Of a stretch of 64,000 bases of DNA, positions 9,745-19,862 are shown piece after piece. Both the position numbers and the translations under genes were made by a program. Position 1 is the stretch's first letter. Every line of letters starts with the position of its first letter. The notes below the pieces were generated by a model, which saw only the letters and a program-made list of their open reading frames with translations, was not told the DNA's origin and searched no databases. This DNA is from an uncultured Armatimonadetes bacterium (GTDB lineage Bacteria; Armatimonadota; UBA5829; DTJY01): NCBI GenBank assembly GCA_963717145.1, contig OY970325.1:2240001-2304000 (forward strand), written 5' to 3'.

Positions 9745-9930
9745 CTAGTTCCGGAAAATGACACCGTGGTCCGGGCAAATGACAGTTGTTCCCGTACGCA
9801 CGCTGGCCATCGCGATGGCCAATTGCTGTTCGCAGTTCTCGTGGGGGCAAGTTATGGGCTCATCAGTTTCGTCGTACGACTCGATGAGTTTCCAGACCTC
9901 CCGGGCATAGGCATCTCTAGTCATCCTCAT
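9745..9930 (-). CDS. Small Zn-ribbon-like protein (61 aa)
   Basis: AAGGAG RBS; CPHENC...CPDHG. Confidence 0.65.
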   Translation of the reverse strand: MRMTRDAYAREVWKLIESYDETDEPITCPHENCEQQLAIAMASVRTGTTVICPDHGVIFRN

Positions 9931-10183
9931 GGCGATGCTCCTTTGAATCCTTTCATATGAGGGAGTCGGCTTCGGGCGAGATTGTTCAAAGAATCATAGT
10001 GATCTCCGATTGCATTATACCCAAATTTCGCAACGTTCACGCCAGTTTGCATCATTTGTATTTCCTCGGGAGACTCCCTCTCCGTTGCGGGGAGGGTTGG
10101 GGAGGGGTCTTCCCAGTGAGCTTGCAGGGAAGCCCTGAAACCTGCTAACATTACACCACATTCCGCGGAGAGAGAATCGGAAA

Positions 10184-11149
10184 TTGGCTGATCAGGCCGC
10201 CGTTATCACAGCATCGAAGATCCCACGATCAGGGGTGCGTTCGCTCCTCGGCCTCCGAGAGCTTCCTGCGCTCATCTTCCTGACGATCCTCATCGCCGGG
10301 ATGTCGATCTTCGCCCGGAACTTCGGCTCCAGCACCAATCTGTTCGTCATCGGGCAGGACATGGCCATCACGGGCATCATGGCCGTCGGGATGACGATGG
10401 TCATCGTCACCGGCGGCATCGACCTCTCCGTGGCCTCCGTGCTCTATCTGGCCGCCACGGTCGCCAGCATGTTGATGATGGCCGGGACAGCCATCCCGAT
10501 TGCCGTCCTGGCAGGGCTCGGCATGGGTACGGCATGCGGGTTCCTGAACGGCGCGCTGATCACCTGGCTGCGCATCCCGCCGATCATCACGACGCTCGGC
10601 ATGATGGGAATCCTTCGCGCCTCGGGCTCTCTCTACACCAAGGGCGCGTACATCGGTCCGCTGCCGATGGACTTCGCCTTTGTCGGCGTGAGATGGACCC
10701 CGGTGATCCTGCTGGCGATCATCGCGGCGGGATTCACCGTCTTTCTGTCCCGAGCGCGGCTGGGGAGATACGTACACGCAGTCGGCGGCAACGAGGAGGC
10801 GGTCCGGCTCTCGGGCATTGGGGTGAACCGAGTGAGGCACGTGGTCTACACTCTGAACGGACTGCTGGCGGCGGTATCGGGGATGATCCTGGCATCGTCG
10901 ATGAGTTCGGTGCAGTCGAACACTGCGAAGGGGTACGAGTTGGGAGTGATCGCGGCGGTGGTCATCGGCGGAACGAGCATCACCGGCGGCACCGGCTCGG
11001 TCCCGGGCACGATCATCGGAGCTGCGATCATGGCGCTCCTCTACAATGCGCTGAATCTGCTGGGGATATCGCCGTTCTGGCATCAGTTCATCATCGGCGT
11101 AGTAATCCTCGTGGCTGTGCTCATAGATCGGCTGAGGAGCGAGAGATGA
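10184..11149 (+). CDS. Sugar ABC transporter permease (RbsC family)
   Basis: GGIDLSV, AVGGNEEAVRLSGI, YELGVIAAVVIGGTS. Confidence 0.93.
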   Translation: MADQAAVITASKIPRSGVRSLLGLRELPALIFLTILIAGMSIFARNFGSSTNLFVIGQDMAITGIMAVGMTMVIVTGGIDLSVASVLYLAATVASMLMMAGTAIPIAVLAGLGMGTACGFLNGALITWLRIPPIITTLGMMGILRASGSLYTKGAYIGPLPMDFAFVGVRWTPVILLAIIAAGFTVFLSRARLGRYVHAVGGNEEAVRLSGIGVNRVRHVVYTLNGLLAAVSGMILASSMSSVQSNTAKGYELGVIAAVVIGGTSITGGTGSVPGTIIGAAIMALLYNALNLLGISPFWHQFIIGVVILVAVLIDRLRSER

Positions 11150-12172
11150 TGGGCGAAGCATTTGCGCAGAGATATGGAAGGGTGATGCGCGCGATGAGCA
11201 AATGCTTCGCCCCTACGCGTGCGATACTGAGATCGAAAGAATCTGTCGTCTTCGCGCTGTTCGTCGTGGTCTTTTCGGTATTTGCGTTGAGGGAGCCGAA
11301 TTTCCTGTTGGCGGACAACCTCTTCAACGTCGCACGGCAGTACTCCGAACTGGCGGTCGTGTCCGTCGGACTCACCATCGTGATCATAACCGGCGGGATC
11401 GACATCTCGGTCGGATCGATCGTCGGACTGACCTCCGTCCTGGTGGGCATCTTCGCGCTGAGGCTCGGGCTGAACATCTGGTTCTCGTGCGGATTGGCGG
11501 TGTTGGCGGCCCTGATCTGCGGTCTGATCAACGGACTCGTGGTCACGAAGGCGCGAATCCAGCCGATAGTCGCCACCCTCGCGATGTTCAGCGCCGCTCG
11601 AGGGCTCGGCGCTGGCACTGACGGAGGGGTACTCCCGCTCGGGATTCCCGGACTCGTTCGTCGGCCTCGGACAGACGGCGGTCGGGCCGGTACCACTGGC
11701 AGTCCCGGTCGCACTGATTGTCGTGGCGGTCGGGGTTGTCGTACTGCGGAAGACGCCCCTTGGTCGGGGGATCTACGCGGTCGGCGCGAGTGAACAGGCG
11801 GCCCGACTCTCCGGCATGGATACCTTCCGACTGAAGATGCTGGCATACGGCGGCACCGGTCTGCTCTGCGGACTGGCGGGTGTGATGTTGACTGCCCGAT
11901 TCGCGTCCTCCATGCCCGGCGGAGGCTCAGGTTTCGAGTTCGAGGCAATCACAGCGGTCGTCCTTGGAGGAAGCAGCCTCAAGGGCGGCGAAGGAAGTAT
12001 ACTTGGGACGATCATCGGAGTCGCAGTCATGGGCGTTCTCAGGAACGGCCTCAACCTGATCGGCGTACAAGACGACAGGCAGGTCTTGCTCCTCGGCGTT
12101 GCGCTCATACTTGCGGTCCTGGCGGACAACATCAGGCTGATGATCCGCTCGCGGCGGGAGGCACGGATCTAG
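11146..12172 (+). CDS. Second sugar ABC permease (RbsC family), frameshift near 11608
   Basis: GGIDISVGS..ARGL in one frame, continuing ALALTEG..AVGASEQAARLSG..FEAITAVVLGG in the next. Confidence 0.85.
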
Positions 12173-12176
12173 GGGA

Positions 12177-12272
12177 ATGGTTCATGGGGAATGGTTGATG
12201 GTTGATGGTTAGACGGGGAATGCGGAATGAAAAGCCTCAGCCATTAGCCATGAACCATAGACCATTTCCATC
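12177..12272. repeat. Inverted array of ATGGTT-type short repeats
   Basis: ATGGTTCATGG..ATGGTTGATGGTTGATGGTT opposed by CCATTAGCCATGAACCATAGACCAT. Confidence 0.6.
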
Positions 12273-12296
12273 ATCTATTCTCTCAGGAGGACGAAT

Positions 12297-13328
12297 TTGA
12301 AGCATAGAACACGCATTATCTGCATGCTGGCAGCCGTCGTGCTGGCAGTCGGCATACTGGCCGCCGGTTGCACCAGGAAGACCATCAAGCCAACCACCGC
12401 GCCCACGATGAGCACGACCACGAAGAAGCACAAGATCGCCTTCGTGATGAAGCTGCGAGGCATTCCGTACACGAACGCTATGGAGCGCGGGATGAAGCAG
12501 GCGATCGACGAACTCGGGATCGAAGCCGTCTTCCTCGGCCCACAGAGCGGCGGGGACACGATCCAGCAGATCGCGATCATAGAGGATCAGATATCGGCCG
12601 GTGTCGATGCGATCGTCATCTCGCCGAACGACGACAAGGCCGTGATCCCGGTCGTCAAGAAGGCGATGGACAAGGGCATCAAGGTCTTCACATGGGACTC
12701 CGATGCCCCGGAAAGCAAACGTATCTTCTACGTGGCGGCGGCGGACGATGTGGGCATCGGTGAGCAGATCATCGACAAGATCGCGAAGGAGATCGGCGGT
12801 AAGGGCAAGGTCGCGGTCATGACCGGCAGCCCGAACGCGCTGAACCTGAAGCTCCACGTTGATGGCGTCGTCAAAGCCGCGAAGAAGTACCCCGGCATCA
12901 AGCTGGTCGAGCCGTACATCTACAACGATGACGACCAGCAGAAGGCCATCTCAGGCGCGATCACCGTACTCCAGAGATACCCCGACCTGGCGGCATTTGC
13001 GGCGGTAAACTCGCCCGGCGTCCCGGGAGCGGCTCGCGCCTTGATCCAGACCGGCAAAGAGGGAAAGATCAAGATCTGGGGACTCTCGCTCCCGAGTGAG
13101 AACAAGGAATACCTGAAGAAGGACATCGTGAACGGCCTGATCCTCTGGGATCCCGGCAAACTGACCTACGCCACCGCCGTGCTCGTCAACGATTACCTCA
13201 ACGGCAAGAAGCCGGTCGATGGCATGGAGATCAAGGGCGTCGGCAAGCTGAAGGTAGGCAAAGGCGGGATGATCCTCATGCCGGGCGAGATCATCACGAA
13301 GGAGAATGTGGACCAGTTCGATTTCTGA
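12297..13328 (+). CDS. Sugar ABC substrate-binding lipoprotein (RhaS/LsrB-like)
   Basis: AGGAGG RBS, TTG start, LAAGC lipobox, KVFTWDSD, LWDPGKL. Confidence 0.9.
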   Translation: MKHRTRIICMLAAVVLAVGILAAGCTRKTIKPTTAPTMSTTTKKHKIAFVMKLRGIPYTNAMERGMKQAIDELGIEAVFLGPQSGGDTIQQIAIIEDQISAGVDAIVISPNDDKAVIPVVKKAMDKGIKVFTWDSDAPESKRIFYVAAADDVGIGEQIIDKIAKEIGGKGKVAVMTGSPNALNLKLHVDGVVKAAKKYPGIKLVEPYIYNDDDQQKAISGAITVLQRYPDLAAFAAVNSPGVPGAARALIQTGKEGKIKIWGLSLPSENKEYLKKDIVNGLILWDPGKLTYATAVLVNDYLNGKKPVDGMEIKGVGKLKVGKGGMILMPGEIITKENVDQFDF

Positions 13329-13329
13329 G

Positions 13330-13358
13330 TTGCAGAATCGCGCTGAATAGTGTACAAT
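13330..13358 (+). promoter_or_regulatory. Sigma70 promoter
   Basis: TTGCAG-17-TACAAT just upstream of the Mn riboswitch. Confidence 0.7.
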
Positions 13359-13366
13359 GCACTCGA

Positions 13367-13460
13367 TTGTGAGGGGGAGTAGCTAGTTCCGGCAGAGTCA
13401 ACATACTGGCCGCACGGCCTGGCTCTGCCAGCCCTGATAAGGCTTAGCGAGACCTTCGCA
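13367..13460 (+). ncRNA. yybP-ykoY manganese riboswitch
   Basis: GGGGAGTAGC..GTCAACATAC..GGC..GCGAGACC consensus upstream of a TMEM165/GDT1 gene. Confidence 0.92.
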
Positions 13461-13499
13461 TCCGTCCGAGTTCGGACCGATGCGAAGGTCTTTTTGTTT
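13450..13499 (+). terminator. Riboswitch-controlled intrinsic terminator
   Basis: AGACCTTCGCATC/GATGCGAAGGTCT stem plus T tract overlapping the aptamer 3' strand (ON-switch geometry). Confidence 0.85.
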
Positions 13500-13510
13500 G
13501 GGAGGACATC

Positions 13511-14203
13511 GTGGACGCATTCTGGTGGTCGCTCTTTGTGGTTTTCGTAGCGGAGATGGGAGACAAGACACAGCTTGTTGCCATCAGCCTCGCCACGCGG
13601 TTCAACGCTCGTGTGGTGCTCGCGGGAGTGTTTGTCGCAACCCTCTGCGTCCACCTGATCTCCGTCGGACTCGGCGGGGCTGCCGGCAAGCTTCTGCCGA
13701 CCGACTGGATACGGTTCATCTCGGGCCTGGCGTTCATCGTGTTCGGGCTGTGGACGCTCCGAGGCGACGAACTCTGCGAGGGTGATGACTGCCGCAAGGC
13801 GCGATCGCCGTTCTGGGTGGTCGCGATCACGTTCTTCATCGCGGAGTTGGGGGACAAGACGATGCTCAGTACCGTAACCCTGGCGGCTGAGAGGTCCCTG
13901 CTCTGGGTCTGGCTGGGATCGAGCCTGGGGATGGTGATCTCCGACGGGCTCGCGATAGTCGTCGGCCAGATCATGGGCAAGAGGCTGCCGGAACGTATCG
14001 TCAAGACGGTCGCAGCCTGCATATTCTTCGGCTTTGGCCTGTTCAGCAGCGTTCAAGGAGGGATCCATCTGTCTCCGGCAGTATGGGTCGCCGGGTTCGT
14101 TGCCATAGTGACCGCGGCCTATCTGATTCTCCGGCCCTGCGCCCGAGAGCAGTCTCCCGCCGAAGAGAGTCCTATCCCCGGCAAGACGCACCTGCAGCCG
14201 TAG
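13511..14203 (+). CDS. TMEM165/GDT1 (UPF0016) Mn2+/Ca2+ transporter
   Basis: Two motifs AEMGDKTQ and AELGDKTM. Confidence 0.95.
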   Translation: MDAFWWSLFVVFVAEMGDKTQLVAISLATRFNARVVLAGVFVATLCVHLISVGLGGAAGKLLPTDWIRFISGLAFIVFGLWTLRGDELCEGDDCRKARSPFWVVAITFFIAELGDKTMLSTVTLAAERSLLWVWLGSSLGMVISDGLAIVVGQIMGKRLPERIVKTVAACIFFGFGLFSSVQGGIHLSPAVWVAGFVAIVTAAYLILRPCAREQSPAEESPIPGKTHLQP

Positions 14204-14232
14204 TGGCCGCCCGGCAACAGCTCACAATCCTC

Positions 14233-14319
14233 GATAACGACTGTCATTCTGAGCGAAGCGAAGAATCTGTCTTCGAGCGGGCCAGATTCTTCGCTTCGCT
14301 CAGAATGACAATCGTTATC
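14233..14319. repeat. REP-like inverted repeat (GTCATTCTGAGCGAAG family)
   Basis: TGTCATTCTGAGCGAAGCGAAGAATCT and its complement. Confidence 0.9.
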
Positions 14320-14427
14320 AAGCCCCAAAACCGGTATTCCTTCCAGCACTGACATCCTTCCCCTCGTGGCATAACCGTAGTGTAAGACGAAAAGTGAATA
14401 GCGCGAACGGAAGAAATGAATAGCGCC

Positions 14428-14582
14428 GGACGAAAAGGCAAAGCCGCCGAAAGGTGGTGACGCAAAGCCATGGATCTAACCCAGTGGGCAGCGGAGTGAG
14501 CCGAGAGAAACCCTGGCAACAATAAAGTTGGGGACTCCGGTGGGCGAAGCTGGATGCTGGCATGACAGCCAGGTTGCCGAAG
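14428..14582 (+). ncRNA. c-di-GMP-I (GEMM) riboswitch with long P3 insertion
   Basis: GGCAAA-GCCGCC-GAAA-GGTGGT-GACGCAAAG-CCATGG-ATCTAAC...CATGACAGCCAGGTTGCCG; G at the position equivalent to G20. Confidence 0.88.
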
Positions 14583-14682
14583 GACTTCAGTCGCAACTGT
14601 ACGCGTTGTTACAGGGCGAAGCGCAGTTCCGTAGTGTTTGACGTGTGCGCGACTGAGTCTCTGAAAGCAGCCTGGCTTTTTT
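14567..14682 (+). terminator. Branched terminator / expression platform of the c-di-GMP riboswitch
   Basis: AGCCAGGTTGC pairs with GCAGCCTGGCT, followed by a T tract; inner GACTTCAGTCGC/GCGACTGAGTC stem. Confidence 0.7.
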
Positions 14683-14756
14683 CGTGTCTCATCCGAAAAT
14701 GACCAGGCCGACGGGGGGCAGGAAGCCCCGTGAACACGATGGAGGAGGGATCCGAA

Positions 14757-14951
14757 ATGACGATACCGGAAGCGAAACAATATGTAGGAAAGAACTGCTG
14801 GGTAAGTTGGACTGACAGGCTCGGTGAAGAGCACAGCAAGGTGCTCCAGGTGGAGGATCTGCAGTTCCTCCCGCTCTATGGCGCATACATCATCGGCGAC
14901 ACCGAGGAAGTCAGGCTGGACAAAGTAACGACGATCCGCGCGCTCGATTGA
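14757..14951 (+). CDS. Small hypothetical protein (64 aa) downstream of the c-di-GMP riboswitch
   Basis: GGAGGAGG RBS, MTIPEAKQYVGK..; beta-rich pattern. Confidence 0.75.
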   Translation: MTIPEAKQYVGKNCWVSWTDRLGEEHSKVLQVEDLQFLPLYGAYIIGDTEEVRLDKVTTIRALD

Positions 14952-15199
14952 GAGGACGCAACAGATACCTGGCCCGCATCGGGCGGGCATGGATTGCAAT
15001 GCCGAAAGGAGGACTAATACAGTTAGTCGGTTGGGATGTGAAGCTCTGACCCCTACTGTCCCTATGCACCCACAGAGCTTTGGGTCCTGCCAGCAATGCC
15101 TGAGGTTACTCCTTACCGCAGGCGCCAATCGGGGTGGGTAAGTCGTGCCCCCTTACCCACCCCACCCCTCTCTCTCCCTCAAGGTCTCCTCGCGTTCTT

Positions 15200-15420
15200 G
15201 CTCATACTCCTACTCGTACTCGTACTCGTACTCAAATCCGGGCGAACCATTGGCGCATGCTGCCTAACGCTGGCTCAATCCGATCGGCCAATGATGTCGC
15301 CCCTACAGCCACTCCTTCCGGGCGAACTATTGGCGTATATCCCGAACGTCGGTGCAATCCGGTGGGCCAATGTTTCGCCCCTACGATCGGATGGCCGGCA
15401 CGGAGGCGCGGCCACTACGG
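15200..15420. repeat. Cluster of CTCGTA hexamer repeats and GTAG-type REPs
   Basis: CTCGTACTCGTACTCGTACTC; two GGGCGA..TTGGC...GCCAATG..TCGCCCCTAC units; GCACGGAGGCGCGGCCACTAC. Confidence 0.7.
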
Positions 15421-17715
15421 TCTGGCGCGCTCACCCGGGAACTGCTGGTGAAGCACCTTGTCCGCGAAATCGATCTTGGCCTCGATCATGCTGACGAGGG
15501 TCGGATAGCCGAGATCGAGCCGCACGGATAGATCGAGCCGCGGATCGCGTCGGGCGACGATCAGTGCCCGGCGCGCATTCACCAAGTCATCACGGACGAT
15601 CCGCTCGATATCGTCGAGCAGGCCGAGTGCCTTTTGGCGGTCGGTCTCACTTCGATACTTGCGCCTGAGAGCGAAGAAGTGGTTGCCATATGAGACCGCG
15701 CGGAACATGGTCAGCAGATACTCGCCCATGTCCAGTTCTCTCTGACATTCGACCTCGTAGGGAGCGCGCGCCTGGTTCCTCGCGGACTTCATCTCCCCGA
15801 CCCCCTGCTCCCACAGTTCGACGGCGAGGTCCATGTCGGCGATCTGGGCGGAGGACGCATCGATGTCCGGCGTGTAGATCGGTCGCAGTTTCATGGCCTC
15901 CGAGGTGCCGTCGGAGAGATCACCCTCCGCGAGATAGAAGAATCGCCCGAACAGGGCCTCAGGCATGCCCTCGTCGCTGAGCATGAGCGGTTGCGCCGCC
16001 CCGATGAAGCTCGGCCCTCGGTAGTAGCCGTGGGTAAGATACGGAATGTGGCCGAGCGCCTCGCTGAAGAGCTTCCATCCCGCGATGACGGCGTCGGCGG
16101 CTCCCGGGCCGAAGTCACGGAGTGCGATCTTCTCGATCTCCTCCTCAGCGGTTCCGGACGGCTCCCAGCTCATTCGACCGGCAAGTTCCTCTGGTCGGGA
16201 GCGGGCGAACCCGGTGCAGTCGTACGCATAGTAGATCGAGGTAGGCTTCAGTCCTCGGATGATCTCGTACCGCTGACCCCAGCGCTGCATGCACGGGATA
16301 CACGGCACGCTGGTGACCTCCCACGACGTGGCGCTCTCCGTCTTGCACGCCTGCTTCATCCCGTGGGCGAGGATCGCCTCGCGCTGGGCTTTATACCGAT
16401 CGCTCGGGCCGAGGAAGTCGATCGAGTAGTCCCAGATGCTCTTGGAGTAGCCGTCCTTCTGGTAGACGTAGTCCTTGTCAATCTCGGAGACGAACTGGAT
16501 GCCGGGATCGAGCTTCGAGATCAGGTCGAGCTGGAACGGCTCCTTCGACCAGACGAAAGCCGAGTACGGCCACGCGAGAAGCTCGGCGTCCGGCTTGACC
16601 TTGCGGATGGCGCGGAAGACCGCATTCGTCAGGTCGGCGACGACATCCTCGGGCGAGCGCTTGCTGCACCGGGGGCAGTCCGTGGCCTTGCCGCCCGAGC
16701 GCATGTAGCAGTGATAGAAGCCCTCGCCGCCGATGATCGCCACCATGCCTCCGAGCGTCGGGATACGGCGATAGACTTCGGCCCACGATTCGGCGATGTA
16801 CTGCAGCGTCTCAGGGTCGGATGGACAGAGGCAGCGGATGTTCGCTCCGTGCTGTGGCGCGCCACGGGCGTTCGGATGCGCCGTGAAGACCGGATGATCG
16901 GCGGGCAGCTTCGGGTTGTACGCATCGAGGTATATCTCGACTCCGACCGAATGCGCCAGATCCGCCAGGCGTTTCAGCTCCGCCAGGTTCTCCTCGCGCT
17001 CGGGATCGGCGAGTTCGGGATATCTCTCACCCAAATAGTCGCCGAGCTGGACGAAATGGAAAGTTGCATTGGCGCCGAATCGGCTGAGCGCTGAGAAGGT
17101 GTCCCGCGTGACCGGCCGGTCGATGCTGAGGCCGCTGACGGTGAACGTGCCGTAGACATCGCCGAACATTCGGACGTCGTAGATCGGCTTGCGGTCGACA
17201 GTCATCGGCTTGATGGCCGGAATCCCGCGCTCCAGGAGAAGCTGCTCGAGGTAGTAGACGCCGTAGAGGACTCCACGGGCCGATGGGCTGGTGATCTCGA
17301 TGCCCTTATCGGTGACCGTCAGCGTGTGGCTGTCGGCCTCGACGCGGGACTTCGCCGTGCCACTCACGCGCAGGAGGATCCGCTTGTCCGACTTGTCACC
17401 CAGCTTGATCCCGCCGGCATCCAGAAAGAACGACCTGAGTTCCTCGACGGCGAACGTGCCCGGCTCCCCGCCAAGTCCCTGAGCCTCGATACCCCACTGC
17501 TCACCGATCAGGACCTCACCTGGGGCGGCATTCCACGGCTTCGGCAGGAACTTCCGGTTGTGAGGCGTGTGAAGCTCCTTGTAGAACGGGCTGGCCTTCG
17601 TGTAGGCGATCTTCCGGTCGAAGACATCCTGAAGTGTCTCTGATCCCACGTTCCCCTCCCCCTGCGCGAACGACAGGCTGATGGACAGCACGGCGATGAG
17701 CAGCCATTTGCACAT
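15415..17715 (-). CDS. Secreted protein with GH20 zincin-like N-domain and TIM barrel, putative glycoside hydrolase
   Basis: Signal peptide; DSHTLTV..IEIT..ARGVLYGVYYL pattern; CLCPSDP, IIGGEG. Confidence 0.6.
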   Translation of the reverse strand: MCKWLLIAVLSISLSFAQGEGNVGSETLQDVFDRKIAYTKASPFYKELHTPHNRKFLPKPWNAAPGEVLIGEQWGIEAQGLGGEPGTFAVEELRSFFLDAGGIKLGDKSDKRILLRVSGTAKSRVEADSHTLTVTDKGIEITSPSARGVLYGVYYLEQLLLERGIPAIKPMTVDRKPIYDVRMFGDVYGTFTVSGLSIDRPVTRDTFSALSRFGANATFHFVQLGDYLGERYPELADPEREENLAELKRLADLAHSVGVEIYLDAYNPKLPADHPVFTAHPNARGAPQHGANIRCLCPSDPETLQYIAESWAEVYRRIPTLGGMVAIIGGEGFYHCYMRSGGKATDCPRCSKRSPEDVVADLTNAVFRAIRKVKPDAELLAWPYSAFVWSKEPFQLDLISKLDPGIQFVSEIDKDYVYQKDGYSKSIWDYSIDFLGPSDRYKAQREAILAHGMKQACKTESATSWEVTSVPCIPCMQRWGQRYEIIRGLKPTSIYYAYDCTGFARSRPEELAGRMSWEPSGTAEEEIEKIALRDFGPGAADAVIAGWKLFSEALGHIPYLTHGYYRGPSFIGAAQPLMLSDEGMPEALFGRFFYLAEGDLSDGTSEAMKLRPIYTPDIDASSAQIADMDLAVELWEQGVGEMKSARNQARAPYEVECQRELDMGEYLLTMFRAVSYGNHFFALRRKYRSETDRQKALGLLDDIERIVRDDLVNARRALIVARRDPRLDLSVRLDLGYPTLVSMIEAKIDFADKVLHQQFPGERARP

Positions 17716-17775
17716 GCGGTGACTCCTGAGTGCGGATTGCTGAGAATCTGTTCGGCGGGCCGAGGCTGAACACCT

Positions 17776-19764
17776 CTAGCGGTTCGTGGGGACGAGCTTC
17801 TTGAGTCGGGTGATCTCATCGCGGAGTTCGGCGGCGGTCTCGAAGTCGAGTTCCTTCGCCGCGCGCTTCATGTCTCGTTCGAGGTCAGCCAGGACAAGCA
17901 GGATATGATCGAGCGAGGTATCATCCGCGATGGTCTTGCGGACCTTGTAGTGCGCCCTGGTTTCCGCGACCTTCCGCGCCTCGATGATCTCACGTACCGC
18001 AGTCGTGACTGAGGCCGGGGTGATGCCGTGTTCGACGTTGTAGGCTCTCTGTAGTTCGCGGCGGCGGTTCGTCTCACTGATCGCGCGGTGCATCGAGCCG
18101 GTGATGTCGTCGGCGTACATGATGACCGTGCCCTCGATGTGCCTCGCCGCGCGCCCGATCGTCTGAATCAGCGAGGTCTCGGAGCGGAGGAAGCCCTCCT
18201 TGTCCGCATCGAGGATGGCGACGAGCGACACCTCCGGGAGGTCGAGGCCCTCCCGGAGCAGGTTGATGCCGACCACGATGTCGTAGACCCCGAGCCGCAG
18301 GTCGCGGAGTATCTCCAGGCGGTCGAGAGTGTGGACCTCCGAGTGCAGGTACTGGACCTTCAGCCCCAGATCGACCAGATACTCGGTCAGGTCCTCGGCC
18401 ATCTTCTTCGTGAGCGTCGTAACGAGAGTGCGCTCGCCCTTGTCCGTCCGCATCCTGATCTCGTTGACAAGATCATCGATCTGCCCCTGAGTCGGCCGAA
18501 TCACTACCTCGGGGTCGATCAGGCCTGTCGGACGGACGATCTGCTCCACGATCTGCGCGCTGTGCTCCAGCTCGAACGGGCCGGGAGTCGCCGAGATGAA
18601 GCAGACCTGGTTGATGCGCTGCAGGAACTCATCGAATTTCAGCGGGCGGTTGTCGAGCGCTGAAGGCAGGCGAAACCCGAACTCGACGAGCGTCTCTTTT
18701 CGCGATCGGTCGCCGGCATACATGGCGTGAAGCTGCGGAATCGTCTGATGCGACTCGTCGATGACGAGCAGGAAGTCGTCCGGGAAGTAGTCGAGCAGGC
18801 AAAACGGCGGCTCACCCTCCTTGCGGCCATCGAGTATCCGCGAGTAGTTCTCGATCCCGGAGCAGTAGCCGAGTTCCTTCATCATTTCCATGTCATACTT
18901 GGTGCGCTGCTCGATGCGCTGTGCCTCGATGAGCTGTCCGTGCCGCTGGAAATGCTCGATCCGCTCCTGCAGTTCTTCCTCGATCAGGTGGAGCGCCCGC
19001 TCGAGGTTCTCCTCCGACGTGACAAAGTGCGTGGCCGGGAAGACCGTGATCCTGTCCTCGCGCTTGATCACCTCGCCCGTGAGCGGGTCGACGATCGTGA
19101 TGCGCTCGACCTCATCGCCGAAGAACTCGATGCGAATGACGATCTCCTCGTCGGCGGGCTGAATCTCCAAGATGTCGCCCTTGACTCGGAACGTCCCGCG
19201 CTGAAGGGCCATGTCGTTGCGGGTGAACTGGATGTCTACCAGACGGCGGAGGACATCCTCGCGGAGGTAGGAGTCGCCGACCTGCAGCGAGAGCATGCTC
19301 TGCATGTACTCCCGAGGCGATCCGAGGCCGTAGATGCACGAGACGCTCGCCACTATGACGACGTCACGCCGCTCAAGGACCGCCTGTGTGGCGGAATGGC
19401 GCAGGCGGTCGATCTCGTCGTTAATCGACGAGTCCTTCTCGATGTAGGTGTCGCTCTGGGGAATATAGGCTTCCGGCTGGTAGTAGTCGTAGTAGCTGAC
19501 GAAGTACTCGACGGCATTGTTCGGGAGGAATCCCCTGAACTCGCTGCAGAGCTGGGCGGCGAGAGTCTTGTTGTGCGCGATCACCAGGGTCGGCCTCCGG
19601 ACCTCCTCGATGACATTGGCCATGGTGAAGGTCTTGCCCGATCCAGTGACGCCCAGGAGCGTCTGGAAGCGAGCGCCGGAGTCGATGCCCGCTCTGAGTT
19701 CCCTGATCGCCTTCGGTTGGTCACCCTTAGGCTCAAAATCGGATACTATCTTGAAATCAGTCAT
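17776..19764 (-). CDS. uvrB: Excinuclease ABC subunit B
   Basis: [40 protein letters not shown]-terminal UVR domain; start moved to MTDFKIV. Confidence 0.98.
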   Translation of the reverse strand: MTDFKIVSDFEPKGDQPKAIRELRAGIDSGARFQTLLGVTGSGKTFTMANVIEEVRRPTLVIAHNKTLAAQLCSEFRGFLPNNAVEYFVSYYDYYQPEAYIPQSDTYIEKDSSINDEIDRLRHSATQAVLERRDVVIVASVSCIYGLGSPREYMQSMLSLQVGDSYLREDVLRRLVDIQFTRNDMALQRGTFRVKGDILEIQPADEEIVIRIEFFGDEVERITIVDPLTGEVIKREDRITVFPATHFVTSEENLERALHLIEEELQERIEHFQRHGQLIEAQRIEQRTKYDMEMMKELGYCSGIENYSRILDGRKEGEPPFCLLDYFPDDFLLVIDESHQTIPQLHAMYAGDRSRKETLVEFGFRLPSALDNRPLKFDEFLQRINQVCFISATPGPFELEHSAQIVEQIVRPTGLIDPEVVIRPTQGQIDDLVNEIRMRTDKGERTLVTTLTKKMAEDLTEYLVDLGLKVQYLHSEVHTLDRLEILRDLRLGVYDIVVGINLLREGLDLPEVSLVAILDADKEGFLRSETSLIQTIGRAARHIEGTVIMYADDITGSMHRAISETNRRRELQRAYNVEHGITPASVTTAVREIIEARKVAETRAHYKVRKTIADDTSLDHILLVLADLERDMKRAAKELDFETAAELRDEITRLKKLVPTNR

Positions 19765-19777
19765 CTCTAGCCCGTTT

Positions 19778-19836
19778 CGATCTCCAGACGACTCCGTCGT
19801 CGACCGGCGGTCGACGACGGAGTCGTCTGGAGATCG
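19778..19836. repeat. Perfect 28-bp-arm hairpin in the uvrB leader
   Basis: CGATCTCCAGACGACTCCGTCGTCGACC-GGC-complement. Confidence 0.9.
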
Positions 19837-19848
19837 GCCCACCGGAAA

Positions 19849-19862
19849 CGCACATCTGTTCG
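19849..19862 (-). promoter_or_regulatory. Putative LexA (SOS) box of uvrB
   Basis: CGAACAGATGTGCG, one mismatch to Gram-positive CGAAC-N4-GTTCG, just downstream of TATAAT (19877-19882). Confidence 0.55.

Noticed and set aside
14401-14605. c-di-GMP-II aptamer enclosing the class I aptamer (GGAAG..TGAA / GGACTT..GCAAC)
   Set aside because: No GGGCAC/GTGC pseudoknot; the 3' part is better explained by the terminator stems
15096-15494. 132-aa ORF with LVLVLVL stretch
   Set aside because: Derived from CTCGTA hexamer repeats and REPs; no RBS or recognisable domain
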